A DNA stretch of 64,000 nt from Octopus vulgaris. Its lineage: Eukaryota. The notes under the pieces were generated by a model. It had not been told where the DNA came from, ran no database searches, and saw nothing but the letters and a program-made list of their open reading frames with translations. The stretch is taken from the NCBI GenBank assembly GCA_951406725.2, contig OX597816.1, positions 61,814,001 through 61,878,000 of the forward strand, given 5' to 3'. How positions within the stretch are numbered: the first letter of the stretch is position 1; every line of letters begins with the position of its first letter. Of the stretch, positions 15,286 through 30,420 are shown in pieces. A program made the translations under genes and the position numbers.

Positions 15286-15903
15286 ATTCTTTTCTACTCT
15301 AGGCACAAGGCCCGAAATTCTTGGGGTGGGGGCCACTGGATTATATCGAACCCAGTACACAACTTGTACTAAATTTATCGACCCCAAAAGGATGAAATGC
15401 TAAGTCGACCTCGGCGGAATTTGAACTCAACCGTAACGACAGGTGAAATACTGCTAAGTATCTCGCCCGGCGTGCTAACCTTTCTTATTTTTTTGTTGCC
15501 CACAAGGGGCTAAACACAGAAGGGACAAGCAAGGACAGACAAAGGGATTAAGTCGATTATATCGACTCCAGTGCGTAACTGGTACTTAATTTATCGACCC
15601 CGAAAGGATGAAAGGCAAAGTCGACCTCGGCGGAATTTGAACTCAGAACGTAACGGCAGACGAAATACCTATTTCTATTTCTTTACTACCCACAAGGGGC
15701 TAAACACAGAGGAGACAAAGAAGGACAGACAAAGGGATTAAGTCGATTATATCGACCCCAGTGCGTAACTGGTAGTTAATTTATCGACCCCGAAAGGATG
15801 AAAGGCAAAGTCGACATTCGGCGGTATTTGAACTCAGAACGTAGTGGCAGACGAAATACCTCTCAGCATTTCGCCCGGCGTGCTAACGTTTCTGCTACTT
15901 CGC
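15286..15903 (-). mobile_element. SINE family A tandem/nested array (3 units, two tail types)
   Basis: Three copies of the CCTTTCATCCTTT(C/T)GGGGTCGATAAA core on the minus strand; the distal unit has the GGCCTTGTGCCTAGAGTAGAAAAG tail. Confidence 0.9.
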
Positions 15904-15905
15904 GC

Positions 15906-15952
<47 letters not shown>

Positions 15953-16088
15953 TACATGTTTGATATAATACATAATACATCTATGCGATCCCCCCTCTCT
16001 CTATATATATATTTCTCTCTTTATATATATATATACGCACATATATATCTGATCAACTTTATATATATGTATATATGTAAACATATAC

Positions 16089-16121
<33 letters not shown>

Positions 16122-16434
16122 TGTATGTATGTATGTATGTATGTATCTATGTATATATGTGTGTGTGTGTGTGTGTGTATGTGTGTGTAAGTGTGTGTGC
16201 GTGCGCACATTTGCATTTATTTGCAAATTTGTACATCTTCATGTTTAGACGTAGTACAGTAATACATTAATAAATGTTCGAGTAGAAAAATTGAAACATT
16301 TCCCAAAAGAATAAAAAAATAAACGTAAAATCTCATGAATATTTACTGAAAAATTACAGAAAAACTTCTTCAGATCTGAACATATGAAATTTATTCAAAA
16401 AACATGCTTCCTATGTTGTTTTATAGATCTTCAG

Positions 16435-16451
16435 TAATAATAATAATAATG

Positions 16452-16504
<53 letters not shown>

Positions 16505-16540
16505 GATAATAATAATAATAATAATTATAGTAATGATAAT
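16435..16540. repeat. (TAA)n microsatellite
   Basis: Direct periodicity. Confidence 0.95.
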
Positions 16541-16713
16541 ACTGGTTCTTCACTATCCAGGGTAAGATGAGTTGGTTTGCGACATTCGTCTAGGTTTTTG
16601 TTATTGTAAGAAAATGTGTGTATACATTGCTCTTACATGTACTGTGTCGTTTCCAATTTTTTCGTATACGTTCTCAGGCTTGGTATCTGTATGTACATGT
16701 TGGCAAATGTATA

Positions 16714-17345
16714 TATTTCTTTATTGCCCACAAGGGGCTAAGTGGAGGCGCAATGGCCCAGTGGTTAGGGCAGCGGACTCGCGGTCGTAGGATAATATCG
16801 GTGGCGTGGAGAGGGGAGGCCGGTATGCGTGGGCGACTGCTGGTCTTCCATAAACAACCTTGCCCAAACTCGTACCTCGGAGGGTGGCTTTCTGGGTGCA
16901 ATTCCATGGTCATTCGTGACCGAAGGAGGTCACGCATCACACACACAAGGGGCTAAACATAGAGGGTTCAAACAAGGACAGACAAACGGATTAAGTCGAT
17001 TACATCGACTCCAGTGTGTAGCTGGTACTTTATTTATCGACCCCGAAAGGATGAAAGGCAAAGTCGACCTCGGTGGAATTTGAACTCAGAACGTAGCGGC
17101 AGACGAAATACCTATTTCTTTACAACCCACAAGGAGCTAAACACAGAGAGGACAAACAAAGACAGACAAACGGATTAAGTCGATTATATCGATCCCAGTG
17201 CGTAACTGGTACTTATTTAATCGACCCCGAAAGGATGAAAGGCAAAGTCGACCTCGGAGGAATTTGAACTCAGAACGTAGCGGCAGACGACATACCGCAA
17301 AGCATTTCACCCGGCGTGCTAACGTTTCTGCCAGCTCGCCGCCTT
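16714..17345 (-). mobile_element. SINE family A dimer with 17-bp target-site duplication
   Basis: ATGTTGGCAAATGTATA at 16697-16713 and 17346-17362 flanks the element. Confidence 0.9.
16742..16943 (+). mobile_element. tRNA-headed SINE (family D head, family C-like 3' part) nested in SINE-A
   Basis: GGAGGCGCAATGGCCCAGTGGTTAGGG head; 13-bp TSD CACAAGGGGCTAA at 16729-16741 and 16944-16956. Confidence 0.85.
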
Positions 17346-17432
17346 ATGTTGGCAAATGTATACTATTCAGTCTTAGATGATTTTGGATTCATCGTAATAT
17401 AGATATATTATAGGTGGTGTGGCAGTAGTGAA

Positions 17433-17712
17433 AGCGCATGGCTCAGTCGTTAGAGCGTCGAGCTTACGATCGTGAGGTTGTGAGTTCGAATTCCTGACTA
17501 GGCTGCGTGTTGTTTTCTTGAGCAAGACACTTTATTTCACGTTGCTCCAGTTCACTCAGCTGTAGAAAGTAGTTGCAACGTCACAGGTGCCAAGCTGTAT
17601 GGGCCTGGGATAACACTTGCGACGTGGAGAGGGGAGGCCAGTATGCTGGTCATCCATAAACAACCTTGCCCGGACTTGTGCAATCCCATGATCAGTCTTG
17701 ACCGAAGGGGGT
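17433..17712 (+). mobile_element. SINE family C (tRNA-derived head)
   Basis: A-box TGGCTCAGTCGTTAGAGCG, B-box GAGTTCGAATTCC, then CTTGAGCAAGACACTTTATTTCACGTTGCTCCAG core. Confidence 0.85.
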
Positions 17713-17719
17713 TTCAGCG

Positions 17720-18155
17720 GTGTGGCTGTGTAGTAAGATACTTGCAAGCGCATGGTTCAGGGTTCACTCGCACTGTATGGCAACTTGGGCACGTGTCTTC
17801 TACTGTAGGACGGCCAAATGCTTGTGAGTGGATTTGGTGGACAGAAACTGAAAGAAGCCCGTCCTATATAAATATATGCGTAAGTGTGTAGTATGGTTTG
17901 TGTGTGTGTGTGTGTGGGAGTGTGCGTATGTGTATTTGTGTCTGTTTGTCACTCTCCCACAACCGGTTTGCAGCCGTTGATTTTGTGCTTACGTTCCTAT
18001 AAATTAGCGGTTCGGCAAGGAGACACAGATATAATAAGAATCAGGCTTAACAAGAAATAAGTACCTGGACCGATTCATTCAACTAAAAATTCCTCAAGGC
18101 AGTGCCACAGCATGGACGCTGTCTAATAACTGAAACAAGTAAAGGATAAATAAAG
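17720..18155 (+). mobile_element. SINE family B, diverged copy
   Basis: Match to family B over the full length. Confidence 0.8.
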
Positions 18156-18196
18156 GTATATGATAAGCTTGTATTTATATTGTAGAGGAGTGGCTA

Positions 18197-18660
18197 TAGG
18201 CGTAGGAGTGGCTGTGTGGTAAGTAGCTTGCTTACGAACCACATGGTTTCGGATTCAGTCCCACTTCGTGGCACCTTGGGCAAGTGTCTTCTACTATAGC
18301 CTCGGGCCGACCAAAACCTTGTGAGTGGATTTGGTAGAAGGAAACTGAAAGAAGCCCGTCGTATATATGGATATATATATACGCACAAACATATACTCAC
18401 ACACACATGCACATATATATACATATATATGTATGCGTGTGAGTATATGTTTGTGCGTCTGTGTTTGTCCTCCCCAACATCGCTCGACAATCGATGCTGG
18501 TGTATTTACGTCCCCGTAACATAGCGGTTCGGCAAAAAGAGACCGATAGAATAAGTACTAGACTTACAAAGAATAAGTCCTGGAGTCAATTGCTCTACTA
18601 AAGGCAGTGCTCCAGCATGGCCACAACAAATGACTGAAGCAAGTAAAAGAGTAAAGAGAG
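18197..18660 (+). mobile_element. SINE family B, full length
   Basis: TGGCTGTGTGGTAAG A-box, GATTCAGTCCC B-box-like motif, CCTTGGGCAAGTGTCTT CORE-like motif, CR1-like tail. Confidence 0.92.
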
Positions 18661-19187
18661 TGAGAGAGCTGTAATTCAGGGCAGTAGTCTACTTTAGTAA
18701 TTTGGATTAGAATTCTATAGGTATTGCATGTAACTTCACTACAAGTCTGGCTTTCATTTCTCCGGAGAAGCAACCGTCCAAAACTTACTAATCTTGCGAT
18801 ATATTCGCGTTCCTGACACATCCAGCCTAACCAGAGTTTCCTAGCAACTATTTAGAGAAGTTGAGCAGGTTTGATACATAGAAAAGAAATCAATTTCCAG
18901 TCATTCGTGTTTATTAAACCCACTACGAATTGTAACCTAATTCGCCGATAATCTGACTAAGAACAATAATGGTTTAATTGGCATTGATCTAATTCGTTAG
19001 TAGTCCGTGGAAGAAAATAGCCGAGTGTTCTTGAACTTTATTCCTCAGTCAAAGTAAATCAACACCATTAGTTTGGGCAATTTCTAATTGCTCTAATGCT
19101 ACTAAAACACGGGTAAATACGCTCCAACGTTACCAACGTGGATATGAAGAGATCTTAAGAATTAAAAGCAAACTGCGCTTACAAATT

Positions 19188-19253
<66 letters not shown>

Positions 19254-19277
19254 AACCCCCACACACATGTATATATC

Positions 19278-19645
19278 CTATTTGTTTACTAACCACAAGG
19301 GGCTAAACACAGAGAGGACAAACAAGGACAGACAAACGGATTAAGTCGATTATATCGACCCCAGTGCGTAACTGGTACTTATTTAATCGGCGAGCTGGCA
19401 GAAACGTTAGCACGCCGGGCGAAATGCTTAGCGGTATTTCGTCTGCGTTACGTTGTGAGTTCAAATTCCGCCGAGATCGACTTTGCCTTTCATCCTTTCG
19501 GGGTCGATAAATTAAGTACCAGTTACGCACTGGGGTCGATGTAATCGACTTAATACCTATGTCTGTCCTTGTTTGTCCCCTCTGTGTTTAGCCCCTTGTG
19601 GGTAATAAAGAAATAGGTACTTATTTAATCGACCCCGAAAGGATG
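19278..19645. mobile_element. SINE-A copy (+, 19389-19615) inserted in opposite orientation into another SINE-A (-)
   Basis: TSD GGTACTTATTTAATC at 19374-19388 and 19616-19630. Confidence 0.88.
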
Positions 19646-20304
19646 TGTGTGTGTGTGTGCATTTAATTTAGTGTATATCTTTCACCATTGCATATATGCG
19701 TAGAAAGACTGAAAACCGGTGCTTTACGAAACTGTAATACCATATAATGTCGCGAATGTGTAGAACTGTATTCTGTATTACTTATCTTAGTCGCACTCGG
19801 AAATTCTGTACTCAGTATTTCGATGTTCACAAGTTACAATATAGAATAAATAAATGAGTGGATAAATAAATAAAATAAATGAACGACCAGAAAAGGAACT
19901 TAGTATGTCAAACAAAATATCACTTTGGTAAGAGGAGTAAACAGATGGTGGTCTATCTTTGCTCGATTCTCACACTTGAAGATGGGAATGAGAATTCACT
20001 TCGTTTTGATTAATTGTTAATATGCTTTGCTTCTTTCAGCGCTTAGTAAGATAGAAGTGGTGGCAAGCATGCATGACTCACTTATTTCCTCGGGTCGCTG
20101 AAACAGATGGGAAGAAAGGACGAACTTGTCTACAAACTGGAAATCTGGCCAGAATATTTGCATAAGAGTGAAGTTCGCTAAAGACACCAACAGGACCTAG
20201 TGGTGGTGTGAAACCGAGTGGTAGAATAAGGACAGCATGTGAATACGCAGAGTGAGAGAAATACGCACATTACCTTTTTTTTTTTACTTTCAGTGGATGA
20301 GTTT

Positions 20305-20432
20305 ACGAACGAACAAACAAACGAACCAACCAGCCAGCCAACCAACCAACCAACCAAACAAACAAACAAACAAACAAACAAGCAACCAACCAGCCAACCA
20401 ACCAACCAACTAGCCAACTAACAAATCAACCA
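20305..20432. repeat. (CAAC)n/(CAAA)n tetranucleotide repeat
   Basis: Direct periodicity. Confidence 0.9.
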
Positions 20433-20533
20433 CATGTAATTGAAAGTGAATATTATATCAATAATTAAAGTGTGGAATACACGAGGACTGAATTTAAATC
20501 AATTATTTATGTTTTAATATGTATTTATCTATT

Positions 20534-20925
20534 AAGGCAGTGAGCTGGCAGAACCGTTAGCACGTCAGGCGAAATGCTTTGCGGTATTTCGTCTGCCGCT
20601 ACGTTCTGAGTTCAAATTCCGCAGAGGTCGACTTTGCCTTTCATCCTTACGGGGTCGATTAAATAAGTACCAGTTACGCACTGGGGTCGATATTATCGAC
20701 TTAATCCGTTTGCCTGTCCTTGTTTGTCCCCTCTGTGTTTAACCCCTTATGGGTAGTAAAGAAATAGGTATTTCATCTGCCGCTACGTTCTGAGTTCAAA
20801 TTCCGCAGGGTCGATAAATTAAGTACCAGTTACGCACTGGGGTCGATGTAATCGACTTAATACCTTTGTCTGTCCTTGTTTGTTCCCTCTATGTTTAGCC
20901 CCCTGTGGGCAATAAAGAAATAAAG
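20534..20925 (+). mobile_element. SINE family A, one head plus two tandem body/tail units
   Basis: Junction AAAGAAATA|GGTATTTCATC at ~20766. Confidence 0.9.
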
Positions 20926-21371
20926 TTCAGCGTTGATGGCGCGACCATTTAGCACAAGTCCCCGGCGCACGGACTTTTTCCTCACACCTAATAAAAGTTT
21001 CTCGCTGCTGTTGTTTATTCGCCGGTCAACTTCATTCGAGCAGACCTATGACCAAAAGTATCCCAGACATGAACACCCCTCCTTTATTTTGTCAGATACA
21101 ATGCATGCAGAGCCAGTGCCATCTTACGGCACGAGCACACTGGGCAATTGTCTTGAAACCTCACGGGTCTTAGGACCCAATTCAGATCTATGTATACCAT
21201 GTCTTGCTGCTAATAAATTAGTGTTATAGGACCCAGTATATTGATATGCCCAGGAGCCTATAACACTGTTAAAACGTTCACATCTATATTCTTTAAATTA
21301 TTCTTCCTATTTTAAAGATAATTGTGATTGATAAGACCAATATTTTACATCTACTTTTTGCAGCAGAAAGA

Positions 21372-21439
21372 GCGGTAACGTATAAAATCTCACGCGGTAA
21401 CGTATAAAATCTCACGCGGTAACGTATAAAATCTCACGC
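21372..21439. repeat. Perfect 22-bp minisatellite x3 (GCGGTAACGTATAAAATCTCAC)
   Basis: Three identical units read directly. Confidence 0.95.
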
Positions 21440-21717
21440 TAACTCGTTATTATTGCTGCTATTATTGTGGGTTGCTGTTTCTTAAGCGGATTTCTCTGTT
21501 CGGTTTCATCTTGGAGTTTAGGATCTGCCACACTTTCCGACTGAGTTACTTTCTTCCTTTATCTTTTGTTTCGTGGCTTCTTAATTGGTGAGAAGAGAGG
21601 CAGTGTGATTCCATACCATCTTTTGATGCCAACATACGGAAACTACCTTTGATCTAGATCCTTCATTGTGGTTTCTGACATACAGCATCACTCCACTACC
21701 ACCACAAAAACAATGGT

Positions 21718-21728
21718 TATCATCGTCG

Positions 21729-21770
<42 letters not shown>

Positions 21771-21789
21771 AGTTTATCATCTTCATTAA

Positions 21790-21831
<42 letters not shown>

Positions 21832-22120
21832 ATTCTTTATCATCTTCATTAACATCATCATCTTCATTAACATCATCATCTTCATTAACATCATCATCAT
21901 TCACCTAATCTTCATCCTCCTCCTTCTCTTACGACAACCAGCATCACCAGCGGCGGCAGCACCACCACTACCACCACCTCCGCCTCCTCCACCACCACCA
22001 CCACCACCACAGCAACAACAACTACTACTACTACTACTTCTGCTGCTGCTGCTGCTGCTACTACTACTACTACAACCACCACCACCACCAGCATCACCAC
22101 CACCAGCATCATCATCGTCA
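21718..22120. repeat. Compound (CAT)n, 18-bp TCTTCATTAACATCATCA higher-order units, (CAC)n/(TAC)n/(TGC)n
   Basis: Direct periodicity. Confidence 0.92.
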
Positions 22121-22559
22121 TTGTTACTGTTGAGGGCTTTGTTTTGAAGTTGTTGTTGCTGTTATTACGAAGATCATTATCAAGCAATTCATTCAATTAG
22201 ATATTGTTTTCCATCTCAGATTAATTCAAGTTATGTTTTGATTGCTTTGTCATGACTTTCCACTCATTCGATCAAAAATAATGGGAAACATCTTCTGCTA
22301 TTCATGAAAAAAAAAATGACAAAAAGACAAAAAAACAAGCAAAAAAACAAAAACAAAATCAGCAATTAAGTTTGAAACAAACAACTCAGTGAAAGATAAC
22401 AATACCACTACCCCCCAACGCCACCATCAACAAGAACCAGAATAACAATAACAATAACAACAATAATCAAACAATAACAACGGAGGAGACATAGATATTA
22501 GCAAGGGATGTAACCGAGTTGATAATAACAATTACAAGAGTTCTGAAAGGAGAGTAAAT

Positions 22560-23425
22560 CTCAGGTCATCCCGTAAGTTCTGTCCGATTTTACCTTTTTT
22601 AAAATTGAATGAAATTTAATAGCATTTTAGAATGTCTAATGGAATTAAAAATTATTTTTATGTATTTGTGTACATTTGAACTAATTAAATATTATTTTAC
22701 AGAAGAACAGAATTAAAATTTATTTGATGAAAACCCTTTCTAACATGGAAGTATCCAAAGAGCATTTGGGACACGTAATGTTTTATGAGTACAAAAAAAA
22801 GGAAACTCTGCAGCCAAACCGACTCGAAACATACACTCAATTTATAGGAAAGAGTGTTTGAATGAAAGAACTTGCAGAAGATGGTTTGCAAAATTCAGAA
22901 GTGGGAATTTCAGCCTTGAAGATGAAGATCGAACAGGACGTCCAGTTGAGTTGGAGGATAAGCTCCTTGATGTATAACTTGAAGAAAATCCTGGGCAATA
23001 AAGCTTAGTTCAAACCATACAACTGTTCATCGTCATCTTCAACAACTTGGAAAGATTCCTAAATTTGGAAAATGGGTACGTCATGAATTGTTCGAAAGCA
23101 ACCGTAAATCCCGAGTTGACATTTGTTCTTCTCTCCATTCTCGCGAACTCATTTCAACCTTTTTGGATTGACTTGTGACTGGTGACGAAATGTTAAATGT
23201 TAAACGTCGTAAACAGTAGGTTGGTAAAAGGGAAAAAGTTCAACCACAACCGAGAAGGGAACTTCATGGGAAAATGGTTCTTCTCTCTATCTGGTGGGAT
23301 TGCAAAGGAGTAATTCACTTTGAATTGTTACCACCTAATGCAACAATCAATGCTCAAGTCTACTGCCAGCAATTAGAGAGTTTGAACCAAGCATTTTGAG
23401 AGTTTGAACAAAAAGTAGCATTGGT
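22560..23425 (+). mobile_element. Mariner transposon, degenerate and 3'-truncated
   Basis: TIR-like TCAGGTCATCCCGTAAGTTCTGTCCG; frameshifted transposase MEVSKEHLGHVMFYEYKK..., WFAKFRSGNFSLEDEDRTGRP, LVTGDE, IWWDCKGVIHFELLPPNATINAQVYCQQL. Confidence 0.9.
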
Positions 23426-24365
23426 ACTAATGCTACCTTTTTCATCGACCACAACTGCTTAACTTCCCAAGTTAACCGATCATATCTCTCGACTTTTCTT
23501 TCTTCCTTATCGCACACCATGTTGTCAGCTGGGCATGCTATGGTTTATTTTCAGCATAGTTTATTTTCTTTCTCAATTAATGTTAGGCTTCCTATTCTGT
23601 ATCTCATGGTCGCACTGAATCATAATATCCCATAGGAGCTTTGCATTTCTATTTTCGACGATGCCTTCAGGTTTGTAGTCGTACAAGTGTTTTGCTGTCA
23701 AGACCATACTCGTTGCAAAGTGTCCAATGGACAGGCCTGGCTATATTGTCGTGCGTCTGTTATATTCCTTCTGGGCTAGTAGCGTACATTGGCTGGTAAT
23801 ATACCATACGGTTTCACCGTTTTGTCCACAGATTCTGGGCTTATCACTTTCTGCTGTGTTGTCTACTCTGTATTTTATGTAGTTTGTTTTTAGTGCTTGC
23901 TCTTGGGCAGCACAGATTATAGCCTCCGTTTCCGGTTTTAAATCACTTTTAGTCATCCACATCCATCTTTTTTCTCTGTCGGTCTTATCGTCAACATCCC
24001 TATGAAATTGACCATGCATTTTTTTCTTTACCAACCTATTTTCAATTTCATTCGTTTTCAATTTCTTGTATAGGGCTTTATCTTTGCAATCTGTCATCCT
24101 ACACAAGCCTGACCTTCTTACTTCTAATAATAGCGGTTCTGTGGCATTTTGTACATACCATGCTATGTTGTTTTCTTCTGATCTAATGCTGTGTTCGCAA
24201 CCAGTCAAACCTCTTCCCCCTCTTTTTCTTGGTACATACAGACTGTCTGTGTCCCTTTTTGGGTGGAGTGACCCATATGTAGTTAGCAACTTCCTTGTCT
24301 TTCTGTATATGTTGTTTAGTTCGTCTTCTGTCCATTCGAGTACTCCTGCTCCATATCTAAGGAGT
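23420..24365 (-). mobile_element. R4/Dong-clade non-LTR retrotransposon fragment (older, degenerate)
   Basis: ORF 23741-24289: LHPKRDTDSLYVPRKRGGRGL...MHGQF...DLKPETEAIICAAQEQ...RICGQNGETV. Continues with frameshifts into KLLWDIMIQCDHEIQNRKP. 5' end abuts (TAA)n. Confidence 0.88.
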
Positions 24366-24366
24366 G

Positions 24367-24508
<142 letters not shown>

Positions 24509-24738
24509 CTGTTGTAGTTGTTATTCTTTTAGAGAGAGGTGGATTGTTACGGCTTTGGGAAAATGCCTTATGGTATTTGTTCCGTATGTATACAGCCGCA
24601 CCAAATCCCGCTGTGGTCAACTTTGCCTTTCACACCTCAGGGTTCAACAAAATAAAGTACCAGTCAAGTGCAGGAGTTCATCAAATAGACTTACATTTTC
24701 CCATTTAAATTCCCATCTCTGTGCCTCTATTAGATAAA

Positions 24739-26656
<1,918 letters not shown>

Positions 26657-28511
26657 CATCATCATCATTATTATTATGATTTATGATGACTGAAGAAATA
26701 TACATGCCCAGTTTACTGACACTTAAATGTATCCAGATTGCAGACCCGGTATGTCACGTTTATGTGTTTATGTAAATGATAGAAATGGAAACCCCCTTTT
26801 TATGGTACATAAGTGCATTTTTGGGAAACTTACTATCGTGTGGACAGGATACAGTATTATTACAGTTGCATCGGTATGATGGATTTTGAATATTTCTATA
26901 TGTGAAATCACTGTTGCTGACTTTGGAATTATTTTTGTAGACGAGTTTGCGATGGTAGTTGTATGGGGGATGTTTGTTTATCAGTTATAAAAATCCAGTA
27001 AAGACATAATCTAAACGAAATAATTATTCTGGTTTTGTTTCATGCTTTTATGCTATAATGCTTAAGTTATTTTCTTTTCTTTTAATCTGCTCTTTTTTAA
27101 GGGATTATTGTAATGTTCTGTAACAAGATTATATTCTTCGTCGGGAGAAACTAACAAATTTCATGGAAACGAGTTTTAGCTTTAACTTTATCGCACCTGT
27201 TATCTTTGTTAGTCGGGAATTTTTGCCCACTGGTACTGAGACATTTTTGACATGTTAGCAAAAATATACGACTATTTTAGATCCATTCTTGTCACAGAGT
27301 TAGTTTAGCTTCTCAGTAATGTCAGAGAATTAGAGATTTTAACCAAAATAAAAGACAAATTGCCTACTGAGCTCTCTTTTTAATATTTACTAACAAGGAA
27401 AAGTTATTTTCGTTGGTTTGGTGCATTTGCCCATCACTAGATAAGATTGTCTTTGTATCTCTGCTTCTAATTTTCGTTCTAGCAGCTGTCATATGTTACT
27501 ATGATTCTTGTATGATTCTTTCTCTAAAATCTTTGGTTTGAGCTCAATAAAATATTTTTAGTTTAAATACACATAAGTTTTTTTTCTAATTTTTTCTTTC
27601 AGCCGATGGCCATTTCCTACTTGTACAATTTTAGCACTACAATGCAAATTATCTATGGACACGAAAACATGAAATCATCTATGTATATTTTTTCATAACA
27701 TTTCTAAAACAAATCTTACTCGTGTCAATGTACATTTTTTATTTGAAGACATTTATACAGACTTTACTTTGTTTCTTGTAAATTAGAATGTTTTTTTATA
27801 TATTTGAACTATATTCTGCTTTAACCGTAATAACAAATCACGTGCTGACCTCGAATGTTTGTACAAGCGGCTTCAGTTTCTTGTTGAATAGCTTCGATTC
27901 CGCCAAGAATTTTCGAACAAACTTTTTTTCACTAATCATTGATTTTTTTTTGTGACAGCTACAGCTCTATATGTAGCTTCTTTTATTGTTGTTGTAATTG
28001 GCCCACATCTGGTTTACAAATTCTTTTATAATTCCCTAGATATTTTCGGTCAGCCGTCAGGTATAAGCTGTTGATTTCCTTTTGACTGTAGAGCCAGATC
28101 ACCGTTTTTCATAGCTGAAGCCAACTTTCATCTCGTTACTGCTTCAGCCAAAATTAACAAAGACCAACTAGGATACAACAACCCCCAGTCAGGCAGAACA
28201 TTCTCCAAATCAATGCCGATGAAGTATTGTCTCTATTAATCAATGACCGAATATACTCCGAAGTGGAATTACCATTTTTTCTTCAAAATTTGAGGGGAAA
28301 AAACCCATTCAGATAAAATGCTAAGCAAAAAAAACAAAAAAACCCACGAAAGAATACTAGAGTTGCTGGTTTATTTTTGGGCACTTTTTAATCTGTTAAT
28401 TCTTATCAGTGGAATATTGTCTTTTCATTTTATTTTAAATCGTATATAATCATTATCACCTGTTAAAATGTATTTTCCTTGAACTTATTTTTCTGCCCAC
28501 TGGACTTATTT

Positions 28512-28515
<4 letters not shown>

Positions 28516-28583
<68 letters not shown>

Positions 28584-28690
28584 TACACATACACTCACAC
28601 ACACATACACATACATACACGCATACACACGCGCATACACGCATACACACATGCACAAATATACACATACACATACACACGTACACACAC
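28516..28690. repeat. (CA)n microsatellite, degenerating 3'
   Basis: Direct periodicity. Confidence 0.95.
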
Positions 28691-30239
28691 TGGCATAAAC
28701 ACGTGTATAATGCAAATGACAGTTTAGATCTACAGTGGAGCAGCAACAAACTTTTTGCAGTTTGCTCTTATTTACTTCATCTCCCAACATAGCATTCATT
28801 TAGAGAAAGCAAACCACACATACATTTTGTACAAAAGTGATGTCATTGTTTATTTTTTTCTTTCTGCAATCCCACTTGAATGAATGTCCATGCAATGTTA
28901 ATTTTCTCCAGACTTCCTTTATTTCATTTTATTTGCCATAAAGGCAGTATACAGAGTAGCTGCGGGCTGGACAAAAACATTAATGACTGAAAATGAAATA
29001 AAATGAATAAATGAGAGACGAAACCCAACACCCGCCGATTGGATTTTTTCTCCAGACTTACTTGCATGATGACGTATCTTGCAAGACTCACTTGCCCACG
29101 CATGCACACAGATAATCTCACTTGCAGCTGGAGCACACACCCTACTGAATCTCATTCATATTTATGCAAACATCATGTAAACCCCACTCCATCCACGTTT
29201 GCTCGTTTCACAAACGGTAATGCTTAACATGGGGATTTACCCCAGAACAATTCACTTTATCATTTACTGATGTTAGTAATTTTGCCTTATTATTCGAGTT
29301 TTGCTACCAACTCTTTTATATAGGTCTATAACAATAACTGTTTCTTATCATTCAACGCATGATAAGCGTTGTTGTAACAATTCCCTTACAGATGACATTT
29401 TAGTTTCATTGATTTCAAGGGCGTTCTTTTTGCTAACCGTATATTTAACACAAGTAATCCGTAAGCAACTTTTGGCTAGTTTAAAAATTACAAGATCATT
29501 TTACGCTCATCACTGTCACGAAGTTGTTTTAACCTGTCAGAAATTTAGCCAGCCAGGGACTCTAGTCGTTATGTGGCCAATTTTTGATAATATTATCATG
29601 TAAAATCTATTTTTTCTTACTCCATGCATTTGCTCGATACCAGACGTGAATATCTGTACCTCTACTTCTAGAAACAACCATATCTAAGCTGTTACTTGCT
29701 ATCTCGTTCCATTCTTTCATTGCTAACTAGATGTCAGGAATTGTCTAGACTTCTTAAAACAATTTGTACGAGTTTAAATATGCATTGAATTATATGACCT
29801 TTCATATCATTACCAGCTTGTAGACATTTACCTTTATAACACAAATCAGCTCATTGATATTAAACATGAAAATATCTATGTAATATCTATGTATATATCC
29901 CATAACATTTCTCTAACAGAAATTGTCTAATTGATTTATCGATGTACATTTTCAGAAACACATTTATGTAAACTTTATCTTGTTTCAACTTATAAATTAA
30001 GATCTGGAATGTTCCATGTCTGAATTCTCTTCTACTTTAATCAATTTTTTTTCCTTTTGATATTTAAGAAGTAAAGAAAAACTTATACGCAATCCAATTT
30101 CTGTTCTTATATCACCGAGTAGTCTTAATTTGTAACAACATATTTGATATATGTCAGCGAAATGTATATTGACTTTTGAGTGTTTTTTTTGTAAAGATAT
30201 ATGCGTGTGTTTCAGTCTGAATTTGTAAGTGTGCATGTC

Positions 30240-30420
30240 CTCACATTTAGGATGTTTGGGTCAGGATAATAAGGGTGTGATTTCAATTCCTGGAACGAAC
30301 AGCACGTTGTGTTCTTAAGTAAGTCACTTCCTTTCACATTAATTCAATGTACTCATTTCTAAATTAGTAGGGGCCGAGTGCTGGCGAGACTCTTTCTCCC
30401 TCCAAATGTCACACACTGTA
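30240..30420 (+). mobile_element. SINE family C, highly degenerate
   Basis: GTTGTGTTCTTAAGTAAGTCACTTCCTTTCAC resembles the family C core. Confidence 0.5.

Noticed and set aside
15286-15903. Repeat-spacer-like array suggestive of CRISPR
   Set aside because: Units are contiguous ~185-bp SINE bodies without unique spacers; eukaryotic context and no cas genes.
17433-17510. tRNA gene
   Set aside because: A/B boxes are present but there is no complete cloverleaf, and it continues into a SINE body; the same holds for the other SINE heads.
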